DNA from: a virus
Direction: 5' to 3' (one strand)
IMG/VR virus record: IMGVR_UViG_3300037471_000902
Span: 32,001-96,000 of that record
Length of the DNA: 64,000 nt
A program made the translations under genes and the position numbers. Shown in pieces: positions 9,397 to 17,801 of the stretch (the stretch's first letter is position 1; every line of letters starts with the position of its first letter). A model generated the notes under the pieces. That model was not told where the DNA came from and searched no databases. It worked only from the letters and a program-made list of their open reading frames with translations.

Positions 9397-9547
9397 CTTT
9401 GATTCCAGTTTAATTTCAGCGCCATGAAGTTACAATATAAGGATTACGGGTAAAAACCATGATAACACTAGAAGATCTCAAGGGTGCATTCATGATCTGC
9501 TTGCAGCAGTACGCGCTCGTGGACCAGCAAGTTTTAAGGAATAAAAA

Positions 9548-9769
9548 ATGCCTAACTATACTCGCACTGTTTCTGTCAAGATCTCGTCTGAAGAACTCAC
9601 AGACATTCTGAAACAACATCTGAAGATCCCAGCGGATGCAAAGGTGACCTTCACTACTCGTGAAGTCAGCACTGACTATTTTGGTCGGGACTCACGAACA
9701 GTTTTTGATGGTGTTCGGATTGAATACGAGGAAAAACCCGTCGCAGAAAAATTTGAAAGGGGGTTCTAA
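9548..9769 (+). CDS. Small hypothetical protein
   Basis: 73 aa, AAGGA RBS upstream. Confidence 0.7.
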   Translation: MPNYTRTVSVKISSEELTDILKQHLKIPADAKVTFTTREVSTDYFGRDSRTVFDGVRIEYEEKPVAEKFERGF

Positions 9770-9834
9770 TGGCTTGGCAAACAATGAAGACTGCCAAACG
9801 TGAAATTCTACGAATCGCGTTTTTGCAAAACTAA
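9769..9834 (+). CDS. Possible 21-aa micro-ORF (MAWQTMKTAKREILRIAFLQN)
   Basis: TAATG overlap with the upstream stop; fills the intergenic gap. Confidence 0.35.
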   Translation: MAWQTMKTAKREILRIAFLQN

Positions 9835-9853
9835 TTTATAACGGGAGAAAATA

Positions 9854-9916
9854 ATGGGACTTTGGGCACTACCACTCTTTTTCAGCATCATGTTTCGAGT
9901 TTGGTTTGGACTATGA
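9854..9916 (+). CDS. 20-aa hydrophobic micropeptide (MGLWALPLFFSIMFRVWFGL)
   Basis: GGGAG RBS at 9843-9847; ATGA overlap with the next gene. Confidence 0.5.
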   Translation: MGLWALPLFFSIMFRVWFGL

Positions 9917-10092
9917 GCCGAAACGATATCACAGGCGACTCACTCGTCAGCAAAACCGCAAACCAAGCCTATCGCGACGGCTGGGATCGTATCTTCGGCA
10001 AGAAGAAAGAAGAGAAGAAGCAGGCACCAGAAGTTGGTGAAGAGGGTTACTCCGAGTATATTACTCGGATCATGGCGCAGAAAAAGCCATGA
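9913..10092 (+). CDS. Small phage hypothetical protein
   Basis: MSRNDITGDSLVSK...YRDGWDRIFGKK, a pattern recalled from other phage small proteins. Confidence 0.7.
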   Translation: MSRNDITGDSLVSKTANQAYRDGWDRIFGKKKEEKKQAPEVGEEGYSEYITRIMAQKKP

Positions 10093-10138
10093 ACTAATGC
10101 GCCATCAGAAGCGCATAAGTACAATAAAGGAGACATCA

Positions 10139-10906
10139 ATGCAACTGCGAACAGCAGATATCAGGAAGACTTTTGTTCGTCTTCTTGCAGAAGAAAAATT
10201 CACACAAATTAATCGTGAATCCAGCATGACTGGGCTGGTTGGTAATACAACCATCGAAATCCTTGGTGCTAACTTCATTGCAGACGAGGACAGCATCTTT
10301 GGTGAAGTGAATTGGGATTACGTTAAGCGCGAAGAAGAGTGGTATAACTCCCAGTCATTGAACGTGAATGACATCCCTGGTGGTGCCCCAGCAATTTGGA
10401 AAGCCGTGGCAGACAAGGACGGCTTTATCAACAGTAATTACGGCCACTTGATCTATTCTCCAGAGAATGGCTTTAAAAAGCCGGCCGCATCAGGTTCGTC
10501 CATGCGTGAGGCTGAAACTGATGGATGGATGTCTCAGTACAAGTGTACACTTCAAGAACTAACGCAGAGCCCCTCTTCTCGTCGTGCTTGCATGATCTAC
10601 ACTCGCCCGCAGATCTGGCTGGACTATAACAAGAATGGTAGATCTGACTTCATTTGTACCAATGTGGTTCAATATCTGATTCGTGATGGCAAAGTCCATG
10701 CTGTTGTTCAAATGCGAAGCAATGACGCTGTGTTCGGATACAAAAACGACAAAGTGTGGCAGCAGCATGTTCTTGAGAAGCTGACATCTGATTTGAATGC
10801 GGCTGGAAATAACTACGAAGTTGGTGATTTGATTTGGAACGTAGGCAGTCTTCATGTTTATGCAAGACACTACAACCTTGTTGACCCCGTCAAGTACGCA
10901 AAATGA
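10139..10906 (+). CDS. dCMP hydroxymethyltransferase (T4 gp42-like, thymidylate synthase fold)
   Basis: INSNYG, SRRACMIYTRP, SDFICTNVVQYLIRD, MRSNDAVFGYKND..WQ, GSLHVYARH; AAGGAG RBS before ATG 10139. Confidence 0.85.
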   Translation: MQLRTADIRKTFVRLLAEEKFTQINRESSMTGLVGNTTIEILGANFIADEDSIFGEVNWDYVKREEEWYNSQSLNVNDIPGGAPAIWKAVADKDGFINSNYGHLIYSPENGFKKPAASGSSMREAETDGWMSQYKCTLQELTQSPSSRRACMIYTRPQIWLDYNKNGRSDFICTNVVQYLIRDGKVHAVVQMRSNDAVFGYKNDKVWQQHVLEKLTSDLNAAGNNYEVGDLIWNVGSLHVYARHYNLVDPVKYAK

Positions 10907-11124
10907 AACTGAGCTTCTACATTAGTGGACAAGCCGGATACGCGTTCTGTGATTCAGTGGAACTGGATTCTCGCATTCCAGTTCCACGAATTGGAGAGAA
11001 GGTTCTTCTAAAATGTGCTGATGAATACTATCGCCAGCACATCGTGACGGACATTGTCCACTCCTACTGTACTGAAACGATTTTCATCTACGTCCTTCCA
11101 CCCTCAAACGAAACAGATATATGA
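10903..11124 (+). CDS. Hypothetical protein
   Basis: 73 aa, ATGA coupled; IPVPRIGEKV motif. Confidence 0.65.
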   Translation: MKLSFYISGQAGYAFCDSVELDSRIPVPRIGEKVLLKCADEYYRQHIVTDIVHSYCTETIFIYVLPPSNETDI

Positions 11125-11546
11125 GCCTTCTTTCTGAAATCAAAACTCTGCAGCTTACGGCTAGAAAAAATCGTGATGCTATTGCCTCAGCACTTCTGAC
11201 AACACTGCTTGGCGAAGCCAGCATGCCCGGCAAGAATGATGGAAATCGTGAATCGACAGACATGGAAGTTGTTGCGGTTATCAAGAAGTTTGTGAAGAAC
11301 ACGCAAGAAATGATCCGACTTGCTGACAACGAAACCTCTCGAAAGGAGCTCTCTATTTTGGAAAGTTTCCTGCCGAAGCAGTTGACTGAGGATGAACTTC
11401 GCCGGGCGTTTAGCGAAATCATTGAAAACAACGTCGTCAAGAATATGGGCGCATATATGAACACGCTCAAAACATTCTATCCAGGGATGTATGATGGTGC
11501 GACAGCTAGTCGCATTTTGAAGGAACTTCTTGGTATGCAGAAGTGA
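11121..11546 (+). CDS. GatB/YqeY domain protein
   Basis: ARKNRD...LTTLLGE...EVVAVIKKFVK...ELSILESFLPKQLTEDEL...NMG. Confidence 0.85.
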   Translation: MSLLSEIKTLQLTARKNRDAIASALLTTLLGEASMPGKNDGNRESTDMEVVAVIKKFVKNTQEMIRLADNETSRKELSILESFLPKQLTEDELRRAFSEIIENNVVKNMGAYMNTLKTFYPGMYDGATASRILKELLGMQK

Positions 11547-11734
11547 TTCAATACGTTCTCCGTTTTAAGGACAACACATACCACTCGTGTGTCGGTATTG
11601 GAAGTTCTACTGAGGAGAAGGGCATGGCAAAGCGTTATCAATCAATTAAGGAAGCTCAAGACGATGCTAATTTCCTAGTTGATGTTGACGCTATTGTCAT
11701 GGCTAATTCTGAACAAATCGTGAAACGATATTGA
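11543..11734 (+). CDS. Hypothetical protein
   Basis: 63 aa, GTGA coupled. Confidence 0.55.
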   Translation: MIQYVLRFKDNTYHSCVGIGSSTEEKGMAKRYQSIKEAQDDANFLVDVDAIVMANSEQIVKRY

Positions 11735-11739
11735 TCACG

Positions 11740-11769
11740 GTTTTACTGCAGTGTCTCTCGAGCTATAAT
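11740..11769 (+). promoter_or_regulatory. Early (sigma70-type) promoter
   Basis: GTTTTACT-N16-TATAAT, resembling the T4 early promoter GTTTAC...TAnnnT. Confidence 0.5.
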
Positions 11770-11777
11770 AAGAAGAA

Positions 11778-13505
11778 ATGAAATATGAACAACAAATTCT
11801 CGAGTCCTTCCAGCGACTCAAGTTCACTCCTCGAGCTGGACAAGCAGCAGCTGTAAATCAAGTTCTTTCAGCTTTCCTTGATGAAGGAAAGCGAAATGTT
11901 ATTCTGAACGCATCAACTGGAACTGGTAAGTCCATCATTGGTGCAGTCACTGCTGAAACGCTTTCCTCTATCCGTGGTGGAGGCTCCTTTAGGCCCAAAT
12001 CCAGCATTAGCCTCACTGCTACAAACGTTCTCGCCAAGCAATATGAGAATACTTTTGAGCAGTTGCTGGAGGATCGTCGCTTCATCATGATCAAGGGTGC
12101 GAACAATTATGATTGTTCTGCTCTGACCACGGATGAAAAATTGGAAAAAGCAGATGCATGTGCGTGGTTTACCATGGTGCAGAATGCATCTGAATTCCAG
12201 CAGACGCTTGACAATCACTGCGAGAAATGCGATTACCTTAGCATAAAGAAAGCAAGGAATCATGTTCGTCACCTCACGACGAACTATTCCTTCTACTTCA
12301 TCGATCGCATGTACACTGGCAAGTTCGAAGACAGAGACTTGATTGTGTGGGATGAGGCACACCTTGTCAATGACCTGTTTAGTGAGCACAATGCAATCTA
12401 TTTCTCGCAGAAGATCATGCAGCGAACAGCTCAGGATATTGCTGACACAATTCAGCTGACTGATTTGGAAATTGCCAAGAAGATCAAGCGCGTTGGTGAT
12501 GATTGCGCCAAGAAAGATAAAATCAACGATAGCAACTACAAAGCGTATCTCCATGCGTTGATTGACATCTACAAGTACGCAAAGGAACGCGGAGTAATTC
12601 GTCAAGAGAAAGCATTGCGCTCTGGTAAGATGAGCGAATACAGCAAATTGACGCGCTTCGTGAAGGAATACGAGGGCAAGCTCTGCAAGATTGACGATCT
12701 CTTCAAGTACGAATATGATCACGTATTCGAATACAAGGAAGACGAGAGCGCAGTATCAGTGAAGCCAATCTTCGTTGGCAACATGATGGAAGCTCTTGAA
12801 GCTGCTGACTTTAACCTCTTCATGTCTGCCACGATTAGTGATGAGTTCATGACAACAACGATGAAGCTTGATCCTGAAAAGACCAAGTTCATTAAGTTAC
12901 CGCCAACGTTCCCAAAAGAAAATAAGGAAATTGTTTTCTTCGATCCTATGTCGTTGAACTTCACGTCATTGAAGGATCCCCAGACTGTGGTGAGACTGAG
13001 GAAGAACGTCGCAAAGATTGTCAAGCACCATATCGAGGATGGAGAGCGAGGCATTATTCTCACACCCTCGTTCAAGTTGACGCAGGAAATTTCTGCTGAA
13101 ATTAGCAAAATCAGTGGATACAAACTGTTTGAACACAAGCAGGGTGAGAAGCTGGAAAATGTCTTGCATGCGTTCAAGAATTATAAGGGTGTTGCTATCC
13201 TTATGTCGCCATCCATGTTTGAAGGTGTTGACCTTCCTGGCGACCAGTCTAGATTCCAGATCGTTGTAAAGGCGCCATTCCCCTCGCTAGGTGACAAGCG
13301 AATGAAATTCATTCTAGATCATCACCAGTCTCTCTACAACACTATCACTATCATGAAATTGGTCCAAGGAGCAGGTCGATCTGTTCGTTCCATGGACGAC
13401 CATGCGGTGACTTATGTCTTGGACGCAAATGGAAAAAGGCTGTTTACGTCCAAACAGAACATCTGGCTTGACGAATTCAATGTTAGATTCACCAACATGC
13501 TGTAA
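11778..13505 (+). CDS. DinG/Rad3(XPD)-like SF2 helicase
   Basis: Q motif PRAGQ, Walker A ASTGTGKS, DEAH, MSAT, EGVDLPG, QGAGRSVR; four Cys in the Fe-S domain position. Confidence 0.9.
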   Translation: MKYEQQILESFQRLKFTPRAGQAAAVNQVLSAFLDEGKRNVILNASTGTGKSIIGAVTAETLSSIRGGGSFRPKSSISLTATNVLAKQYENTFEQLLEDRRFIMIKGANNYDCSALTTDEKLEKADACAWFTMVQNASEFQQTLDNHCEKCDYLSIKKARNHVRHLTTNYSFYFIDRMYTGKFEDRDLIVWDEAHLVNDLFSEHNAIYFSQKIMQRTAQDIADTIQLTDLEIAKKIKRVGDDCAKKDKINDSNYKAYLHALIDIYKYAKERGVIRQEKALRSGKMSEYSKLTRFVKEYEGKLCKIDDLFKYEYDHVFEYKEDESAVSVKPIFVGNMMEALEAADFNLFMSATISDEFMTTTMKLDPEKTKFIKLPPTFPKENKEIVFFDPMSLNFTSLKDPQTVVRLRKNVAKIVKHHIEDGERGIILTPSFKLTQEISAEISKISGYKLFEHKQGEKLENVLHAFKNYKGVAILMSPSMFEGVDLPGDQSRFQIVVKAPFPSLGDKRMKFILDHHQSLYNTITIMKLVQGAGRSVRSMDDHAVTYVLDANGKRLFTSKQNIWLDEFNVRFTNML

Positions 13506-13511
13506 ATCAAA

Positions 13512-13763
13512 ATGAAGATTGAAATCAGTATTGGCAACAATCGTCCTGTTGACGCCATCAATACAATCCTAGACACCCCAATCATGAAAATCAATCCTGC
13601 GGTGTCTAAGTATTTGGAGGATTGGATTGAGAATGATGAAGAAAGAGAATATACATTTCGTGAATTCCTTTCAGCGATAGACAGTGCATTTGACAGATCA
13701 GAATGCTTCTGCATTGTGATGGAAACACTGCTAGATGAGGTGATGAAAAGTGAATCTAATTGA
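13512..13763 (+). CDS. Hypothetical protein
   Basis: 83 aa ORF within the operon. Confidence 0.6.
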   Translation: MKIEISIGNNRPVDAINTILDTPIMKINPAVSKYLEDWIENDEEREYTFREFLSAIDSAFDRSECFCIVMETLLDEVMKSESN

Positions 13764-13776
13764 GTCCGGAGGACGA

Positions 13777-14289
13777 ATGAGCGAAGAATTGAAGCCGTGC
13801 CCGTTCTGCGGGAGCGCCCCAAGGCTCCTGCGGTTGGTGGAGGCATACCAGGATGCCGATGGACAGCATGCGGGCGAATACGACGCATGGTTCAACGTGC
13901 AATGCGACAACTGCGGCATTGAGCAGGGCGATGAATACCGATCCAGTGCAATTGCAGCATGGAACAAGCGCGCCTCGCGTGACGCGGAGGTGCAGAGGCT
14001 GCAAAGCCCTTCGTACATGCGACACCAGCCCATAAGCAACTGCGAGTGCGCCGACTGCATCCGATTCTTCCAGCTTGCAGCAATCAGGGGCGACGCTATT
14101 CAGCACGATTTGCTCAAGCTTTCCCAAGAGGTTGAAACTTTGAAAAAGAATCTGAAGGATTGGGAAGATAATGCCAAATATCTCCTTGACTCAACACCTG
14201 GTGCTATTCGCTCATGCTACAAGGGACTCGACGAAAATCTGCTCGAGTCCCTCTGCATTACCTACATCAAGTTACGCGGTCAATCTTGA
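13777..14289 (+). CDS. Lar-family restriction alleviation protein fused to an unknown C-terminal region
   Basis: MSEELKPCPFCG...VQCDNCG...AIAAWNKR; GGAGGA RBS at 13768-13773. Confidence 0.8.
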   Translation: MSEELKPCPFCGSAPRLLRLVEAYQDADGQHAGEYDAWFNVQCDNCGIEQGDEYRSSAIAAWNKRASRDAEVQRLQSPSYMRHQPISNCECADCIRFFQLAAIRGDAIQHDLLKLSQEVETLKKNLKDWEDNAKYLLDSTPGAIRSCYKGLDENLLESLCITYIKLRGQS

Positions 14290-15866
14290 TCGAATTTGAC
14301 CTTATCAGGGGTGCCGGCTTTGCGTTCACCAACATAGATAAAAATGCAGAGCATGTCCAAAAAGTCCTTGAGCGGTTCATGGTGTTCGCGGCTAATGTAA
14401 CTCCGCTTTTCACCAGTGATTTTTGTTCTTAGACTGGCACCAAAGGTCTTACGATCTACATACTGTCCATTGACATAGTCGGTTGTTTTAACACTGTTCG
14501 GTTTTATTTCCACTTTAATGTGGTATGGACTCGAGGCTGCAATTTCTTGGATTGCAGCCTCGATTTTCTTTGCGATGGACGGCATCTTTTTATTCCATTC
14601 AGCAATGTCCTTTGCTACAATCGCCATGAACTTTCTAATTTTCTCTTTGGCGTGTTCTTTTTGATTGACAATGAGGTCATCCTTTTGTTTCCGCAAATTG
14701 TTGGCAAAGTCATCCTGTACGTCATCATCATACAAACCAAGCATTAGATCGATCTTTCTAGTGTCAGGTGCTCTCTGCGATATGAGATTGCGAAGTTGCG
14801 CGGTCTCATTAAAAACTGGTGGGTAGATTATTAGTGGATTAACTTTTTCTGGTTTAAACCAGCCAGTGCCATCACCATTATGACGGTAGAGCCCAGTTTT
14901 AGCAGCATTTGTACTAAAGCCCTCATGTTCATGGGGTTTGCTGCGGGCGAGGGCATGATACTGTGGTCCAAATTTTAGCTTCTCGTGTAGGATCTCCATA
15001 ATATCAGACATGATCTCATCACGGCCTTTGGCAGCTTGGACCTCACCATCAAAGATGAAAGTTACCTTATTGCTATCACTCCTGTTAAGGAATTTATCAA
15101 GATTGAACGTCTTGATGTCATCAAATCCATAAAGATTGCTTGCGCCAGGACCGTCAATCCACCCTATTAGATGGAATCCTGATTCCTCAGCCTTGGCTAA
15201 CCATTTCTCAATAGTTTCCTTCTGAAATTGTTTGACTAATTCTCTGTGACTGTCATCTGTCTTAACGCTTGGTTTTTTAAATGACCTAGTCTTAGGGTCA
15301 TACTGTTCCTGAAATTTGAATGGACTCACCTCAATCGTGACGCTCTTAATCTTCCTTTTCTCTAAACCATAGGCTGTCTTCTTGGCATTAGGAGGAGACT
15401 TCATCGAGCTATTGACTGATCCGATTTCAAGAAAGTCCGTCAATTTATCTTTTCTATTTGCTGGTTTTGACGGATCATCTGGCATTCTTGATTGATAGGA
15501 GTTAGCAATCTCCTTGAATGCGCGTGCAAGAACAGAAGATGGGGTTCCTGTTCCAGCTGTTGCTTCGGTCAGATCATCAAGAAACTTCTTATCATAGTCT
15601 TTCTTCAGCACCGTATCTCTGTTAATGTAGTAACGATACGCCCAGAATAGTTCGGGACTGTCTTTCTTTTGGAAGAGAATCTTATCATATCCAGGCATTT
15701 CGCCTGGCACGATTGAATGAACAGTAAGTTCAGTGCCAGGAAAAACATATGTGCCATCCGTTTCACCATGAAAGGAAAGCGCGTAAAAGTTCTCTTCTGT
15801 CGAGATTAGTTTTGTACCCGGTTCTAGGTCTAGATACGCTTCAGAAATAAATTGCTTGAATCTCAT
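14280..15866 (-). CDS. Putative internal head polyprotein: N-terminal paralog-family domain plus a large unknown domain
   Basis: Leader MRFKQFISEA; VFPGTELTVHSI core; first domain ends FLDDLTEA. Confidence 0.7.
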   Translation of the reverse strand: MRFKQFISEAYLDLEPGTKLISTEENFYALSFHGETDGTYVFPGTELTVHSIVPGEMPGYDKILFQKKDSPELFWAYRYYINRDTVLKKDYDKKFLDDLTEATAGTGTPSSVLARAFKEIANSYQSRMPDDPSKPANRKDKLTDFLEIGSVNSSMKSPPNAKKTAYGLEKRKIKSVTIEVSPFKFQEQYDPKTRSFKKPSVKTDDSHRELVKQFQKETIEKWLAKAEESGFHLIGWIDGPGASNLYGFDDIKTFNLDKFLNRSDSNKVTFIFDGEVQAAKGRDEIMSDIMEILHEKLKFGPQYHALARSKPHEHEGFSTNAAKTGLYRHNGDGTGWFKPEKVNPLIIYPPVFNETAQLRNLISQRAPDTRKIDLMLGLYDDDVQDDFANNLRKQKDDLIVNQKEHAKEKIRKFMAIVAKDIAEWNKKMPSIAKKIEAAIQEIAASSPYHIKVEIKPNSVKTTDYVNGQYVDRKTFGASLRTKITGEKRSYISREHHEPLKDFLDMLCIFIYVGERKAGTPDKVKFDQD

Positions 15867-16744
15867 TTCAGTTCTTCTGGAATTGGAAGCTTGGCTTCTT
15901 TGAGTGATTTTATTGCATCAGCAAAAATCTCTTGAGCATCTTTTCTAGCCCTAATTTGCTTGATGACGTCTTCGGCAGTCATGATGTCTTTTGCTGATAC
16001 ATTCTGTCCAAATAGGAATTTGGCAACAGTATCTGGATCAGTGATGATATCTGGATTTGGGTCAAACTTAATATTCTTTCCAGAGATAGCCTGGGCGTGC
16101 ATGGCTAATTGGCCTGGATCCATCTTATTCATCGTCTTTCCAAACGTCTTTGTTTCCTTGTCATATTTTGCGGCTTTAAACAGCCGCTCTACGCCAGTGT
16201 CTAATTTGATAGCTCTTGACGCACGAGCTACGACTTCACCCTTATACTTCATGATGAAATCTTTTCCACCTTCATGAGTATGGCGCATCGCTGCCATGAG
16301 AAGGAAGTTTCTAACTACGCCTGGATACTTAGACTTGTCACCTTCGGAAGAATAGTAGATGAACTTTGCCCATGTTTTGTCATTCACAAACATTAAGTCA
16401 ACCTGAACTTTCTTTCCGCCCACATCTACTGCGTATGAGCCGATTTTTGTTCCCTTGTTGAACGTGCCCTCATTGTTTACCAATTCCATCATTTTCAAAT
16501 TGGCTTGTTCGCTAGACATCTCATCATTTCCTATGACGATGTCAATGTCACCGCTATCATTCTTTTTACCCGCAAGAGTGAGGTGAACCGTTCCAAGAGT
16601 GCGGTTCTTGATATCGGGCAAATTGAGAGTTCGACCCACGATGTCAAGGGCTTTCTCAATGTCTTCTTTCGTTGCTCGCTGAGTGTTGAACTTCTCAGTT
16701 GCAGCACCGCCCTCAGCAAGAAATTGTTTGAATGTTGTGACCAT
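15863..16744 (-). CDS. Pol-beta-superfamily nucleotidyltransferase with a capsid-targeting-like leader
   Basis: LGT...SGDIDIVI (hG[ST]...DxD) and third Asp in VQVDLMF; leader MVTTFKQFLAE. Confidence 0.75.
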   Translation of the reverse strand: MVTTFKQFLAEGGAATEKFNTQRATKEDIEKALDIVGRTLNLPDIKNRTLGTVHLTLAGKKNDSGDIDIVIGNDEMSSEQANLKMMELVNNEGTFNKGTKIGSYAVDVGGKKVQVDLMFVNDKTWAKFIYYSSEGDKSKYPGVVRNFLLMAAMRHTHEGGKDFIMKYKGEVVARASRAIKLDTGVERLFKAAKYDKETKTFGKTMNKMDPGQLAMHAQAISGKNIKFDPNPDIITDPDTVAKFLFGQNVSAKDIMTAEDVIKQIRARKDAQEIFADAIKSLKEAKLPIPEELK

Positions 16745-16768
16745 TTGTTTGAATTGGTGTTCTAGATC

Positions 16769-16781
16769 TATTTACTAAATA
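16769..16781. promoter_or_regulatory. Back-to-back divergent late promoters (TATTTA-C-TAAATA)
   Basis: Palindromic motif between divergent genes starting at 16744 (-) and 16803 (+). Confidence 0.65.
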
Positions 16782-16802
16782 TCTGATTACAGGACACGTA
16801 AA

Positions 16803-17768
16803 ATGCCCAATCAATATATCACGCCAGTCTGGAACAGTGAGGTGTGTCACACCCTTATTCTTAGAACTGGCTCTGTTTCTGCTGGGACAGTCACTGTCAA
16901 ATACATGAACCATCGTCTGTCGACGGGCGATGTGATGAGTTTGGAGACAAATGCTGAGTATTCAGCATGGAGTGGTGAGCACCCCATTACAGTGGTTGAT
17001 CAGAACACATTCACATTTTCAATCACAGGCACGCTACCTTTTCCTTCTCAAAAACCAGGACAAGGAATTGCACTAACTGCAAGATTTAAAAAGTACTCAC
17101 AGCTGATGACATTTCCAGCTAAAGCGAGAATCACTATACCTGCTGGAACAACAGTGATTGTGGAGCATTATGATTCTGGATGGAAGACGCTGAAGACACT
17201 TCATTCGACCGATAGTCCTTCTGATATTGTGTTCTCCAATCAATTCAAAGAAGTCAGATTGCAAGTTTCTGCGGGACCTGGTCAAGGAGAAGCCATCGCT
17301 ATCCATGAATCAGCACCACCATTGTCCGATCCAACTACCACTTATCCTGTCCCAACAACAATTCCAACTATTGGAGCACCTGGTACTTATGGGGTGGTGA
17401 CAGTGAACGAATTTGGACAAGTCATTGCTGGCGAAGCTCCGCAGGGTGAGCAGAATATTTTTAGTGGATCAGCGCAAGTTACGTCAACTTCGACGACAAT
17501 CATCGATTCAATCTCTACTGTCACATACAGATCGGCAAAATATCAAGTTCAGATTACTGATGGCGTTAACGTGGAAACTGTAGAGGTTATGCTGATGCAT
17601 GACAACAGTGATGTCTTTGTTTCAGAACATGGAAACGTATTCAACTCGCCAAATTCGCTTGGAAACTTTAATGCATTAATGTCTGGGAGCACAATTTCCC
17701 TTACATACACCGCATACACCGCCACTAACAAAACAATACGCTTTATCAGGACGGCTATTGATAGTTAA
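16803..17768 (+). CDS. Virion fibre-associated structural protein
   Basis: C-terminal domain (YRSAKYQVQI...HD...GNF) is paralogous to the C-terminus of 17802-21839. Confidence 0.7.
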   Translation: MPNQYITPVWNSEVCHTLILRTGSVSAGTVTVKYMNHRLSTGDVMSLETNAEYSAWSGEHPITVVDQNTFTFSITGTLPFPSQKPGQGIALTARFKKYSQLMTFPAKARITIPAGTTVIVEHYDSGWKTLKTLHSTDSPSDIVFSNQFKEVRLQVSAGPGQGEAIAIHESAPPLSDPTTTYPVPTTIPTIGAPGTYGVVTVNEFGQVIAGEAPQGEQNIFSGSAQVTSTSTTIIDSISTVTYRSAKYQVQITDGVNVETVEVMLMHDNSDVFVSEHGNVFNSPNSLGNFNALMSGSTISLTYTAYTATNKTIRFIRTAIDS

Positions 17769-17798
17769 ATAAATAGATCCTAGAACTTACCTAGGGTC
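17766..17798 (+). promoter_or_regulatory. Double TAAATA late promoter followed by a hairpin over the RBS region
   Basis: TAAATAAATA at 17766-17775; gatcctag/ctagggtc stem. Confidence 0.55.
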
Positions 17799-17801
17799 AA
17801 C

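Noticed and set aside
9459-9611. 50-codon ORF starting at 9459
   Set aside because: It overlaps the better-supported 9548-9769 gene by more than 60 nt, has poor RBS spacing and shows no recognisable motif.
10034-10906. Canonical thymidylate synthase (thyA) starting at 10034
   Set aside because: The active-site region matches dCMP hydroxymethylase (Asp rather than Asn), and the strong RBS supports a start at 10139.
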